Below are positions 1 to 10,271 of a stretch of 64,000 nucleotides of DNA, in pieces. Where the stretch lies: NCBI GenBank assembly GCA_963709345.1, contig CAVPVX010000007.1, forward strand, positions 608,001 through 672,000. The letters run 5' to 3'. The translations under genes and the position numbers were made by a program. The notes under the pieces are model-generated. The model saw only the letters and a program-made list of their open reading frames with translations, ran no database searches and was not told the DNA's origin. Each line of letters starts with the position of its first letter. Within the stretch, counting starts at the first letter, position 1. This stretch comes from an uncultured Actinomycetes bacterium. GTDB lineage: Bacteria; Actinomycetota; Thermoleophilia; UBA2241.

Positions 1-2896
1 CGCCCTGCAGCTCGTGCACCGCCTCCTCGAGCATCTGCGCGTACATCTCGAAGCCGACGGCGGCGACGTGGCCGCTCTGCTCGTCGCCGAGCAGGTTGCC
101 GGCGCCGCGGATCTCGAGGTCGGCCATGGCGATCTTGAAGCCCGCGCCCAGGTCGGTGTGGTCGCTGAGCGTCGTCAAGCGCGCGGCGGCTTCGCTGGTG
201 AGCAGGTCCTCGCTCGGGTACAGCAGGTAGGCGTAGGCGTGCACGTCGCTGCGCCCGATGCGGCCGCGGATCTGGTAGAGCTGCGCCAGGCCCAGCATGT
301 CGGCGCGCTCGACGATCAGCGTGTTGGCGGTCGGGATGTCGATGCCGCTCTCGATGATCGACGTCGTGACGAGGATGTCGGCCTCGCCGGCGAGAAAGGC
401 GAGCATGACCTTCTCCAGGGAGCGTTCGGCCATCTGCCCATGGGCGACGAGGATGCGCGCGTCCGGCGCCAGCTCGCGCACGTGCTCCGCCGCCTGGTCG
501 ATGGTCTCGACGCGGTTGTGCAGGTAGAACGCCTGGCCGTCGCGCGCCAGCTCCTTCTCGACGGCGATGCGCACGAGCTCGTCGCGGTACTCGCCGATGT
601 AGGTGCGGATCTCGTGCCGGCCGCGTGGCGGCGTCTCGATCACGGAGATGTCGCGAATGCCGCTCAAGCTCATCTGCAGCGTGCGGGGGATCGGCGTCGC
701 AGAGAGGCTCATCACGTCCACCTGGAGCTTGAGGTTGCGCAGGAGCTCCTTCTGGCGCACGCCGAAGCGCTGCTCCTCGTCGACCACGACGAGGCCGAGA
801 TCCTTGGGACGGACATCGGTGCTCAGCAGCCGGTGCGTCCCGACCAGCACGTCGAGGCGCCCCGCGGCGAACTCGGCGAGGGACTTGCGCTGCTCCGCCC
901 CCGTGCGGAAGCGCGACACCATGCCTACCTTGACCGGCAGGTCGGCGAACCTCTCCTCGAACGTCATCCAGTGCTGCTCGGCGAGGATCGTCGTCGGGAC
1001 GAGGACGAGCGCCTGCTTGCCGGCCTCCACGGCCTTGAACGCGGCGCGCAGGGCCACCTCCGTCTTGCCGTAGCCCACGTCCCCGCAGATCAGGCGGTCC
1101 ATGGGATGCGGCGCCTCCATGTCGTTCTTGACCTCGTCGATGGCCGCGGCCTGGTCGTCGGTCTCGCCGAAGGCGAAAGTGTCCTCGAGACGACGCATGA
1201 GCTCGCCGTCGGGCGGGAAGGCGTAGCCGGGGATCGCCTGGCGGGAGGCGTAGATCTGCAGCAGTTCACCGGCCATCTCGACGACGGCCGTGCGCGCCCG
1301 CGTCTTCACGGTCTGCCAGTGCGTCCCGCCCAGCTTGTCGAGCGACGGGTTCGCCCCCGACGCGCCGATGTAGCGGCTCACCTTGCCGATCTGGTCGTGC
1401 GGCACGAAGACGCGGTCGTCGCCGCGGAACTCGAGCAGCAGGTAGTCGCGCGTGACGCCGCCGACCGTGCGCGTCTCGATGCCGGCGAAGCGGGCGATGC
1501 CGTGGTCCTCGTGCACCACGTAGTCGCCGAGGCGCACGTCGAAGAAGGTCGTGAGGCGCGTGCCGGCCGCGAAGCGCCGCTCACGCGGCGCCGCGCGGAT
1601 CAGCGCACGCTCGTTGATGACCGCGAGCTTGAGCTGCGACGAGACGAAACCCTCACGCAGCGGCGCCGCGACGAAGTACAGCCCCGGAGCCGCTTCTCCG
1701 CCGCGGTCGAGCTGCTCCGGCGTCACGACCTCGGCCGAAAGGTTGCGCAGCCGGTACGTGGCGCGCTCGGCCTCGCCGGCGTGACGGAAGACGATGAACA
1801 CCCGGTAGTCGTCGCGCACGAGGCGCTGCAGGTCGCGCTCCGCGCCGGCGACGTCACGGGCCGCGAACTGCGGCCGTGAGGCCGCGAACTGGAGCGGCTG
1901 GTCGCGCTTGACGATGTCGAGGTGCGGCGCGCGGACGAGAGCGGCGCGGATGTCGGCGAGCGGCACGTAGAGACGCCGGCGCAGGGCATCCCCCGGCACC
2001 GCCGTCGCGACCTCGGCCTCGAAATCGGCGAGAGCGCGATACGTCTCGTCGGCGTTGTACACCAGCCACGGGATCCCGGCCGCCTCGGCGGCTTCGCCAA
2101 GCGTGGTGAAGCCGCCGGCGAGCGCCGCGAGCGCACGCACGGCGGCGCGGCGCTCGAGCTCCTCCGGAGTCTCGTCGCGGCCGTCGCGTTCCCAGTCAGA
2201 CACCGCCTGCCGCAGGCCGGTGATGTAGTCCGGCTGCGCCGTGTCGGCCTCGAAGGCCGCGTACACCGTCACTCCGGGCAGGGTCCCCGTCGTCCGCTGC
2301 GAGTAGATCGAGAAGGTGCGCAGGCTCTCGACGTCGTCCCCCCAGAACTCGATGCGCAGCGGGTCGCCGAGCGCGGGGTATGCGTCGATCAGGCCGCCGC
2401 GCACGGCGAACTCGCCGCGGCCGCGTACCTGCTCGACGCGCTCGTAGCCGAGCTCCGCGAGGCGTGTCACCGCCGCGTCGAACGCCAGTTCCTCCCCCGG
2501 AGCGAGCCGTAGAGGCCTTGGCTGCAGCTCGAGCGGCAAGAAGCGCTCGAGCAGGGCCACGGCCTCACACACCACCACCGTGCCGGCCGCCAGAGAGGCG
2601 AGGGCCTGCTGGCGCTCGCCGACCACGTGAGGCGAGGGCGCAACGTCCGCTCCGTAGAGCACGCCGCGCGCCGGCAGCACCGGCACGTCGCCGTCGAGGT
2701 ACAGTGAGAGGTCGGCCGCCAGCCGCGTGGCGGTCTCGCCGTCCGGTGCGACCACGACTCGGCTGCCGCCGTCGCGCAGCGCCGCCGCGAGCAGGTACGG
2801 CGCGAAGAAGCTCGGCGCGCACGCAGCCGCGCCGCGCGCCAGGCGCGGCGCGGCTGCGGCGAACGCCTCGTCGTTCAGCAGGTAGTCGAGGAACAC
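1..2896 (-). CDS. mfd: Transcription-repair coupling factor (3' end runs off the window)
   Basis: Not in the ORF track; read manually. GTG at 2896 follows AAGGAGG. The Mfd helicase motif PMDRLICGDVGYGKT near 1102 is in the same frame. CarD-like VVHEDHGIARF region is present. Confidence 0.95.
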   Translation of the reverse strand, partial: MFLDYLLNDEAFAAAAPRLARGAAACAPSFFAPYLLAAALRDGGSRVVVAPDGETATRLAADLSLYLDGDVPVLPARGVLYGADVAPSPHVVGERQQALASLAAGTVVVCEAVALLERFLPLELQPRPLRLAPGEELAFDAAVTRLAELGYERVEQVRGRGEFAVRGGLIDAYPALGDPLRIEFWGDDVESLRTFSIYSQRTTGTLPGVTVYAAFEADTAQPDYITGLRQAVSDWERDGRDETPEELERRAAVRALAALAGGFTTLGEAAEAAGIPWLVYNADETYRALADFEAEVATAVPGDALRRRLYVPLADIRAALVRAPHLDIVKRDQPLQFAASRPQFAARDVAGAERDLQRLVRDDYRVFIVFRHAGEAERATYRLRNLSAEVVTPEQLDRGGEAAPGLYFVAAPLREGFVSSQLKLAVINERALIRAAPRERRFAAGTRLTTFFDVRLGDYVVHEDHGIARFAGIETRTVGGVTRDYLLLEFRGDDRVFVPHDQIGKVSRYIGASGANPSLDKLGGTHWQTVKTRARTAVVEMAGELLQIYASRQAIPGYAFPPDGELMRRLEDTFAFGETDDQAAAIDEVKNDMEAPHPMDRLICGDVGYGKTEVALRAAFKAVEAGKQALVLVPTTILAEQHWMTFEERFADLPVKVGMVSRFRTGAEQRKSLAEFAAGRLDVLVGTHRLLSTDVRPKDLGLVVVDEEQRFGVRQKELLRNLKLQVDVMSLSATPIPRTLQMSLSGIRDISVIETPPRGRHEIRTYIGEYRDELVRIAVEKELARDGQAFYLHNRVETIDQAAEHVRELAPDARILVAHGQMAERSLEKVMLAFLAGEADILVTTSIIESGIDIPTANTLIVERADMLGLAQLYQIRGRIGRSDVHAYAYLLYPSEDLLTSEAAARLTTLSDHTDLGAGFKIAMADLEIRGAGNLLGDEQSGHVAAVGFEMYAQMLEEAVHELQG

Positions 2897-3071
2897 GCGT
2901 GCCTCCTTCGGCAGCCCTCGGCGGGAGCGGCGGGGCCCGCGCTGCTACCGACGGGCACGCCGAACGCCCCGCGCGCCGGTTCTTTGGCATCCGAGCCGGT
3001 CTCCCGGCTCGTCGGGCGGCAGGGTTGAGAGCACATTCTAGCGGATGCGGCGTCCGGCGGCGTGACTGCCG

Positions 3072-4718
3072 TCAGCGGCCGGCACCCGACTCCGGCGCGG
3101 CGGCGTCGCGGATCACGACGACAGCTCTCGCCGGCGCCGTCTGGCGATTCCCCGCCACGTCGTAGGCGCGTCCGGTGACGGTGTAGGCGCCCTCCGGCCA
3201 GCCTGCCGGGAGCATCCAGACGCCACGCTCCCCGACGGCGACCGCCGGGATGCGGCGCTTCAGCAGCAGATCTCCCTCCTCGTCGCGCGCGTCCAGGACG
3301 ACGACGGCGCTGGCGCTGGAGAACGCGGGGTCGCTCAGCGTCCAGCGCACGGACGCCCTTCCCACCCCGCCGGCGTCCGACGCCACGAGGCTCACCCTCG
3401 GTGGCCGCGTGTCGCCTTCGCCGGGAGCGTCGACGAGCGCCTTGAGGCAGACGTTCGAGTGCGCGTCGCCGGCGCGCGTCACGAGGTCGGTCCAGTCGAG
3501 GCCGTCGGCGCTCACGTACGACTGGCCGCGCCCCGCCCGTGGCGCGATGAGCGCCGAGCGGCGCTCCACGGGGACGGGCTGCACCCAGCCGGGAGTCGCG
3601 ACGCGCACAGCGACCACGAACGGACGGCCCGTCTTCACGGCCACCGGCCGCTCGAGCCGCACCGTGTGATACCCCGGCACGGCCACCGTGCCCGCGGCGG
3701 CGACGGGTGCGCGGGCGACGCCGGCGACCGACCCGGCGACCCGGACCTCGTACGCGGTGCCCGGGACGGGTGTGTAGAAGGCGACCGCGGTGACCGCGCC
3801 CGAGCCGGCACAGCGGAAGCGGCTCGCGAACCACGCCCGGTCCTCGCCGAGACCGGTCCAGCTCGAGCGCCCCAGAGCGTCGTACTGGTAGATCGCATCG
3901 AAGTCGTCCGCGGCCGCAACGCGACTGAAGACCGCGAGCGCGTCCCCGAAGCCGGCATCGTGATACGAGATCCAGAAGTAGCCGTCGTCGCCCCAGTCCG
4001 TACCCCAGCTGTTCTTGACGAGGAAGGCGCCGTCGCCGGGTGGCCGGGTCGCGAACCGGGAGGCAGGGTACGCGTCGTCCCAGCCGACACACGAAACGTG
4101 ATGGTCGAGCTCGTCGCGGGTCGAGTAGTAGGAGCGCGTGTCGACGTTCCAGAACCGGAGTTCCTCGTCGGCGTTGTAGTCCATCGCGGCGTCGACCGCG
4201 CCGAAGGTGCACACCGCCCACTTCACGGCGTCGTTGTCGTACGGCCCTTCGCGCGTCGGCAGGAACAGGATCTCCTGGACGTGTCGGACGGCGCGCAGGT
4301 ACTCGGGCGACTCGCCGGGGCGCGGATACGGGTCGTCCCGCTCCAGCACCGGCCCCTCCCAGCGAGCGTAGTACGCCGCCGACAGCTCGCTCGGCGCCAT
4401 GCCCTCGTACTGCAGCAGCGAGCCGGTCTGGTTGGCGAGGTTGTTGACGGAGAAGCCGGGAGCTACTCCCTCAGAACGCAGCAGCGACGACTCGAGCGCG
4501 CCCGTCGCGGCCATGAAGGCGCAGGTGCTGAACCCCTCCTGCTCGCGCACCGCGGTCACGAGGCCCACGTCGCGCAGGTCGTACCGCGCGGGGAACGGGC
4601 CGGCCGGACCCCACGGCGGCACGCCGGCCCGCCCGGCCGTCGGCAGACCGCCGGAGAGCCCGGCGCACAGAGCGACGGCCAGGATGAGAGGCAGCGCCAT
4701 GCGCGCGGAGCGCTTCAC
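3072..4718 (-). CDS. Secreted papain-family (C1A) cysteine peptidase with lectin-like and C-terminal beta-sandwich domains
   Basis: Signal peptide; Q..C (EQEGFSTCAF), His (DHHVSCVGWDD) and Asn (VKNSWGTDWGDDGYFWISY) motifs; IYQYD lectin-like domain. Confidence 0.85.
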   Translation of the reverse strand: MKRSARMALPLILAVALCAGLSGGLPTAGRAGVPPWGPAGPFPARYDLRDVGLVTAVREQEGFSTCAFMAATGALESSLLRSEGVAPGFSVNNLANQTGSLLQYEGMAPSELSAAYYARWEGPVLERDDPYPRPGESPEYLRAVRHVQEILFLPTREGPYDNDAVKWAVCTFGAVDAAMDYNADEELRFWNVDTRSYYSTRDELDHHVSCVGWDDAYPASRFATRPPGDGAFLVKNSWGTDWGDDGYFWISYHDAGFGDALAVFSRVAAADDFDAIYQYDALGRSSWTGLGEDRAWFASRFRCAGSGAVTAVAFYTPVPGTAYEVRVAGSVAGVARAPVAAAGTVAVPGYHTVRLERPVAVKTGRPFVVAVRVATPGWVQPVPVERRSALIAPRAGRGQSYVSADGLDWTDLVTRAGDAHSNVCLKALVDAPGEGDTRPPRVSLVASDAGGVGRASVRWTLSDPAFSSASAVVVLDARDEEGDLLLKRRIPAVAVGERGVWMLPAGWPEGAYTVTGRAYDVAGNRQTAPARAVVVIRDAAAPESGAGR

Positions 4719-4833
4719 ACAGCCCTTCGTTTGGAGTCCGGCGGAGTCACGCCACCACTTATGGTCGGCGCCGCCGGCGAAGTCAAGCGCAGGCTTTCGA
4801 ACGGCCGCGGCGCATCATAGGATGGCGAGCAAG

Positions 4834-6259
4834 ATGGGAGAGACACACAGCGCACATCGACTGGCCGCGCGGGCCGGCGCCCGGACGTTCCGGGTCCGGT
4901 CCGCGCTTTTCGCACTCCTGCTCCTCGCCGCGGCTGCGGCCGGCGGCCTCTTCCCGGCCCGCGCGGCCGCCGGTCTCACCGACAGCATCGACGCCGCTCT
5001 GGCGAAGAGCGGCGTCTCCGCCTCCGGCACCGGCGTCTACATCTGGGATCTCGACGCGGCCCGGCTCGTGTACTCGCGCAACTCCGCCGCGGAGCTCACC
5101 CCAGCCTCGAACATGAAGCTGGTGACCAGCGCCGCGGCGCTCATCGACTGGGGAGGCGTGCACCGCATCCCCACGGACCTGTACACGCCGGACGTACCGG
5201 TGTACGAGGGCGTGCTCTACGGCGACGTGTACCTGCGCGGGCTCGGCGACCCCAGCCTGTCCACTCGCGCCTACCAGCGCCGGGAACTCGACATGACCAC
5301 GGCGTCGTTCGAGACCTTCAGCTGGCGGCTCAAGAAGGATGGCGTCAGAAGGATCCGCGGGCGCGTTCTCGGCGACGCCTCGTGGTTCGACAAGCAGAAG
5401 ACCGTCTCGACCTGGAAGACCCGGCCTGCACCTCGAGTGCGGCCCGCTCTCGGCGCTCTCCGGCAACCAGGGCCTGGACAACGGCAACCGCGTCAGCGTG
5501 CCGGCGACCTGGGCAGCCGGCCTCCTCACGACGTCGCTCCGCGCCGCCGGCGTCAAGGTCACCGGCGACCCCGGCAGCGGCAGGGTGCCCGTCGCGCTGC
5601 GCCTCGCCAAGCGCCAGTACTCGGCGCCGCTCAGCGTCCTCCTCAAGCACATGAACAAGGAGAGCGACAACTTCTTCGCCGAGATGCTCCTCAAGGGCCT
5701 CGGCAAGGACTTCCACGGTGAGGGGAGCACCGCTGCCGGCGCCGAGGCGAGCAGAGAGACGCTGCGAGTCTGCGGCGTCCAGGACGGCACGTACGTCGTG
5801 GAGGACGGCTCGGGCCTGAGCTACGGGAACCGCCTCACCGCGAGGGGGATCGTCACGCTGCTCGGCGCCATGCGCCGGCGGGACGACTTCAAGACCTACT
5901 ACGACTCGCTGGCGATCGCCGGCAAGGACGGGAGTCTGCGCCGGCGGATGCGCGGCACGGCCGCCGCCGGCAACGCCCGCGCCAAGACCGGCACGCTCAA
6001 CATCGCCTCGTGCCTCTCGGGCTACGTCAAGAGCAAGAACGAGCACCGCGTCGCCTTCGCGATACTCCTGAACAGCGACTCGGTGGACGCGGACGCGGCG
6101 TGGAAGGCGCAGGACGCGATCGTCGTGGCCCTCGCCAAGGCGACCCTGACGGGGAGGCGACTGCTGGTGGCCACGCCCAGCCGCCGTCAGCAGGTCGCCT
6201 CAGCGCTGGAGGCGGTTCACGTCGTTGGCGGCGGCCTCCAGCCCGGCGTCAACCCATAG
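4834..6259 (+). CDS. dacB: D-Ala-D-Ala carboxypeptidase/endopeptidase (peptidase S13, PBP4), +1 frameshift near 5420
   Basis: SxxK (PASNMK) lies in the first frame; SxN (ESDNFFAE) and KTG (AKTGTL) lie in the second frame. Confidence 0.88.
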
Positions 6260-6799
6260 CTCGACGGCGTCGGCCGCCGCCGCCACGACCGTGTCGACGT
6301 CCGCCCGGCTCTCGCGAAACGGGCTGAGCACGTAGTCGGCGACCACGTCCGGATCGGTGCTCGGCGGCCGGTCGACGCCGACGCGCAGCCGCGCGTACCC
6401 GGCTCCGACCAGCCCCGTGATGCTCTTGAGGCCGTTGTGACCGCCGCTGCCGCCGCCCTCGAGCAGTCGCAGCCGACCGAACGACAGGTCGATGTGGTCG
6501 TGCACGACGAGCACCGCGCCGAGCGGAACTCTGAGCGCGCGGGCAGCGGCGGCCACGCTGCGGCCCGAGTCGTTCATGAAGGTCGTGGGCTGCAGCAGCA
6601 GGGTCGGCCGGCCGGCGATGGAGCCCTCGGCGCAGCGCCCGTCGAACCCCCGCTTCGCGCGCGGGAAGCCGTGACGCCGCGCCAGTTCCTCGACGACGCG
6701 GTACCCGATGTTGTGCGGCGTGCCCTCGTACGTCGGCCCGGGATTCCCCAGGCCGACGACGAGGCGATCCACGCTCGATGCAGGGCGGAACAGCGCCAC
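6200..6799 (-). CDS. pth: Peptidyl-tRNA hydrolase
   Basis: LVVGLGNPG, HNIG, TFMNDSG and GGHNGLKS motifs; follows rplY. Confidence 0.95.
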   Translation of the reverse strand: MALFRPASSVDRLVVGLGNPGPTYEGTPHNIGYRVVEELARRHGFPRAKRGFDGRCAEGSIAGRPTLLLQPTTFMNDSGRSVAAAARALRVPLGAVLVVHDHIDLSFGRLRLLEGGGSGGHNGLKSITGLVGAGYARLRVGVDRPPSTDPDVVADYVLSPFRESRADVDTVVAAAADAVELWVDAGLEAAANDVNRLQR

Positions 6800-6831
6800 G
6801 ACGCCTCGCAGTCAGGCGGCCCGGCGACTGA

Positions 6832-7507
6832 TCAGGCCTCCGACTCGCCTTCCGCGTCGGCCTTGCCGACGATCTCCGGCTCGGCCTGGCCGGCCTCTGC
6901 TGCCTTCGAGGGCCTCTTCGCCCTCGACGCCCTCTTCCTCCTCGACCTTGCGCGGCGGAAGCACCGAGCAGAGCACTTCGTCCGGGTCGTTGAGGACTTC
7001 GACGCCGTCGGGCACCACGAGGTCCGAGACCTTGGCCGTCTCGTTGACGTCGAGCCCGCTGATGTCGAGCACGAGGTGCTCGGGGATGGCGGTGACGAGA
7101 ACCTTGATCGTGACCTCGCGCCTGGACTCGTCGAGCATGCCGCCTTCCTTGACGCCGACCGACTCGCCCTCGAAGCTCACCGCGACCGCCGTCTCGATGG
7201 TCTCGTCGAGGCGGATCTCCTGGAGGTCGACGTGAGTGACCGTCTGCTTGACGCGGTCGAGCTCAAGCTCCTTCACAATGGTCTTGTGGCCGGTCTTCTC
7301 ACCCTCGACGGTGACGTCGAGGACGGCGCGCGTGCCGGCGCTCGTGCCCAGCGCGTCGCGCAGGGCGTGCGGCTCGATGGAGATGAGGACGGCGTCGTGG
7401 CCGTGCCCGTAGATGACGCCGGGGATGAGCCCCGACTTGCGCAACCGCCTGGTGGCGCGAGAACCGGTGACGTCGCGCTTGTGCACGACGATGCTGACGT
7501 TGTCCAT
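6832..7507 (-). CDS. rplY: 50S ribosomal protein bL25/Ctc (acidic tail frameshifted near 6903)
   Basis: RRLRKSGLIPGVIYG, HVDL and GVKEGG motifs. The typical tail AEAGQAEPEIVGKADAEGESEA* is in the +1 frame and ends at 6832. Confidence 0.92.
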
Positions 7508-7520
7508 GCGTAGTCTCCTG

Positions 7521-8516
7521 CTAGAAGAGCTGATTCTCGCCGGCGAACAATTCGCTCACCGACTCGTCCTCGAACACGTTCTTGATGGTGCGCGCCAAGA
7601 TGTTGGCCACGCTGAGTACCTTGATCTTGGTGTCGTCCGGGGTGAGTTCGACGTGGAGCGTGTCGGTCACCACGACCTCCTTGACGGGCGACCGCCGGAT
7701 GAGCCCGAACGCCGGCCCGCTGAAGATGCCGTGCGTCGCCGTCACGTAGACCTCTTTGGCGCCGTTCTCGTAGAGCGTGTCGACGGCGGCGGTGATGGAG
7801 CCGCCGGTGTCGATCATGTCGTCGACGATGATCGCGATCTTGTCCTGCACGTTGCCGATGAAGTGCATGGTCTCGGCGCGGTTGTGTTCGGGGCGCATCT
7901 TGGTGAGCACGGCGAGGTCGGTGGAGGGCAGGCGGTTGATGAACCGCTTCGCCAGCTTGACGCCGCCGGCGTCGGCGGAGACGGCCACCAGCGGTGTGCC
8001 GCCGAAATCCTTGAAGCGGAAGTAGTCGGCCAGCATGGGCACCGCCGTCATGTGGTCGACAGGCTTCTCGAAGAACCCTTGGATCTGACCCTGGTGGAGG
8101 TCCATCGAGAGGACACGGTCGACGCCTGAGGCCTCGAGCAGCGCGGCGATGAGCCGCGCCGTGATGGGCTCGCGGGCGGCGCTCTTCTTGTCCTGCCGCG
8201 AGTACGGGTAGTAGGGCATCACGGCCGTGATGCGGCGCGCCGAGGCGAGCCGAGCCGCCTGGATCATGATGAGCAGTTCCATCACCTCATCGTTGAGGCG
8301 GTCTTTGGGAGACTGCACGATGAAGGCGTCGGCGCCACGGATGCTCTCGTCGAAGCGGGCGTAGATCTCCCCGTTCGCGAACGTCTTGAGGAGGATCCCG
8401 CCGAGATTGATGCCCAGCTTCTCGGCGATGCGTTCGCCGAGCTCAGGGTTGCTGCGCCCCGAGAACAGCATGAGTCGCTTCTGCGACGTGGTCACGCAGC
8501 AGGAGCTGTCCGCCAC
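7521..8516 (-). CDS. prs: Ribose-phosphate pyrophosphokinase
   Basis: FANGEI, YSRQDKK, DLHQGQIQGFF and VDDMIDTGGS motifs. Confidence 0.97.
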   Translation of the reverse strand: MADSSCCVTTSQKRLMLFSGRSNPELGERIAEKLGINLGGILLKTFANGEIYARFDESIRGADAFIVQSPKDRLNDEVMELLIMIQAARLASARRITAVMPYYPYSRQDKKSAAREPITARLIAALLEASGVDRVLSMDLHQGQIQGFFEKPVDHMTAVPMLADYFRFKDFGGTPLVAVSADAGGVKLAKRFINRLPSTDLAVLTKMRPEHNRAETMHFIGNVQDKIAIIVDDMIDTGGSITAAVDTLYENGAKEVYVTATHGIFSGPAFGLIRRSPVKEVVVTDTLHVELTPDDTKIKVLSVANILARTIKNVFEDESVSELFAGENQLF

Positions 8517-8555
8517 CTCGTCCTCACTTCCGTGTTGGCTGCCGGCCGATTCACG

Positions 8556-8564
8556 ATTGTACCA
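8556..8564 (-). promoter_or_regulatory. Extended -10 promoter (TGgTACAAT) upstream of prs
   Basis: Minus strand reads tttggTACAAT about 40 nt before the prs start. Confidence 0.55.
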
Positions 8565-8646
8565 AAGTAGGCGCGACGCCCGAGCCGGGAGGGCTCACGA
8601 GAGGGACGCCGCTTCGACGCCCCGCCCGCCGGCCCGCCTGCGGCGG

Positions 8647-10077
8647 CTACCGGGCGTCCTCTTTCTGCTCGCGCAGACGCCGCGCGGCACGGCGCTCGGC
8701 GTAGCCCTCGATGTTCTTCTGCTGGTCGCGAGCGACGGCGAGCGCGCCGGCCGGGACGTCGCGGGTGATCACCGAGCCGGCCGCCGTGAAGGCGCCGTCG
8801 CCGATGGTGACCGGCGCCACGATGGTCGTGTCGCTGCCAGTGCGCACGCCGTCGCCGATGGTCGTGGCGTGCTTGTCGTAGCCGTCGTAGTTGGCGGTGA
8901 TGTTGCCGGCGGCGATATTGCTGCCCCGCCCCACGACGGCGTCGCCGACGTAGCTCAGGTGCGGCACCTTGCTGCCCTCGCCGATGCGGCTGTTCTTGAT
9001 CTCGACGAAGGTCCCCGCCTTGGCGCCCTCGGCGAGGACGGTGTTCGGCCGGATGTAGGCGAACGGGCCGACGTTGCATCCCGAGCCGATCACGCACTCG
9101 AGCAGGTGCGAACTGACCACCCGGGCGCGGTCGCCGACGAAGACGTCGCGCAAGAAGCTGCCGGGCCCGATCTCGCCGGCGGCGCCCACAGTGGTGCGCC
9201 CGAGCAGGTGGGTGTTGGCGCGGATGAGCGTGTCGCGGCCGACCTCGACACCCCAGTCGACGAAGGTAGTGCCCGGGTCCTCGACGGTGACCCCGGCGAG
9301 CATCAGGCGCTCGACCAGCCGCCGGCGCATCGCGGCGTTGACCGTGGCGAGCTCGACTCGGGAGTTGACGCCCATGCACATCTCCTCGTCGTCGCTCTCG
9401 AACGAGGCGACCGTGTGCTCGGCGTCGAGGAGCAGGTGGACGACGTCGGTGAGGTACAGCTCACCCTGGGCGTTGTCGCTGCCCAGACGGTCCAGCGCCG
9501 GACGCAGGGCGTCGTCGCGAAAGACGTAGAGGCCCACGTTGATCTCGTCGATGCCGAGCTCGTCGCCGGCGGCGTCCTTGTGCTCGACGATCCGCGCGAC
9601 GCCCCCGGCCGCGTCGCGGACGACGCGGCCGTACTGAGCCGGGTCCTCGAGACGCACAGAGGTGAGCGTCGCGGCCGCGTCGGCGTGGACGTGCCGCTGG
9701 TGAAGGGCGGCGACGAAGGCGCCGTGGACCAGCGGCACGTCCCCGTAGAGGACCATGACGTCGCCGCGGAAGTCGTGCAGCGGCGCCAGTCCCGCGCGCA
9801 CGGCGTCGCCGGTGCCGCGCCGCTCCTGCTGGAGGGCGCGCTCGCAGCCCACGGGGAGGATGTCGGCGATCGTCTCCTGATCAGGGCCCGTGACCACGAC
9901 GATGCGCTCCGGAGACGCGCTCAGCGCCGCGTCGATGACGTAGGCGAGCATGGGGCGCCCGCAGACCTCGTGGAGCACCTTGGGGACGTCGGACTTCATG
10001 CGCGTGCCGAGACCGGCCGCGAGGATGACGACGGCCAGAGGCGGGCGCTTGGCTGCTGCTGTGCTCATGTGGCTCAC
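8647..10077 (-). CDS. glmU: Bifunctional UDP-GlcNAc pyrophosphorylase / glucosamine-1-phosphate acetyltransferase
   Basis: LAAGLGTRMKS, hexapeptide repeats, HLSYVGD and NYDG motifs. Confidence 0.97.
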   Translation of the reverse strand: MSHMSTAAAKRPPLAVVILAAGLGTRMKSDVPKVLHEVCGRPMLAYVIDAALSASPERIVVVTGPDQETIADILPVGCERALQQERRGTGDAVRAGLAPLHDFRGDVMVLYGDVPLVHGAFVAALHQRHVHADAAATLTSVRLEDPAQYGRVVRDAAGGVARIVEHKDAAGDELGIDEINVGLYVFRDDALRPALDRLGSDNAQGELYLTDVVHLLLDAEHTVASFESDDEEMCMGVNSRVELATVNAAMRRRLVERLMLAGVTVEDPGTTFVDWGVEVGRDTLIRANTHLLGRTTVGAAGEIGPGSFLRDVFVGDRARVVSSHLLECVIGSGCNVGPFAYIRPNTVLAEGAKAGTFVEIKNSRIGEGSKVPHLSYVGDAVVGRGSNIAAGNITANYDGYDKHATTIGDGVRTGSDTTIVAPVTIGDGAFTAAGSVITRDVPAGALAVARDQQKNIEGYAERRAARRLREQKEDAR

Positions 10078-10132
10078 CTTGTGGGAGTGACTGTGACCTC
10101 GTGCCGGCGCGGCGAGCCGCGCCTCCTCGTTC

Positions 10133-10207
10133 TGGCTGGGGCGGGAGGATTCGAACCTCCGGATGCCGGGACCAAAACCCGGTGCCTTACCACTTGGCTA
10201 CGCCCCA
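10133..10207 (-). tRNA. tRNA-Gln (TTG)
   Basis: TGGGGCGTAGCCAAGTGGTAAGGCA CCGGG-TTTTGGT-CCCGG ... GGTTCGAATCC ... CCCAGCCA; cloverleaf with encoded CCA; usual position before glmU. Confidence 0.97.
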
Positions 10208-10271
10208 GCGCCCGGCGACCCGGACGCCGTGAGACGACCGGCCGCCCGCCGCGAAGCGGCAGGGCATTCTA

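Noticed and set aside
14-1879. 621-aa plus-strand ORF and many other long antisense ORFs (e.g. 8386-10788, 24200-26185, 42535-45318)
   Set aside because: They are shadow ORFs opposite well-supported genes in high-GC DNA and carry no recognisable motifs.
10133-10207. tRNA as an integration site
   Set aside because: No integrase or duplicated tRNA 3' end was noticed; the flanks are the normal ispE and glmU.
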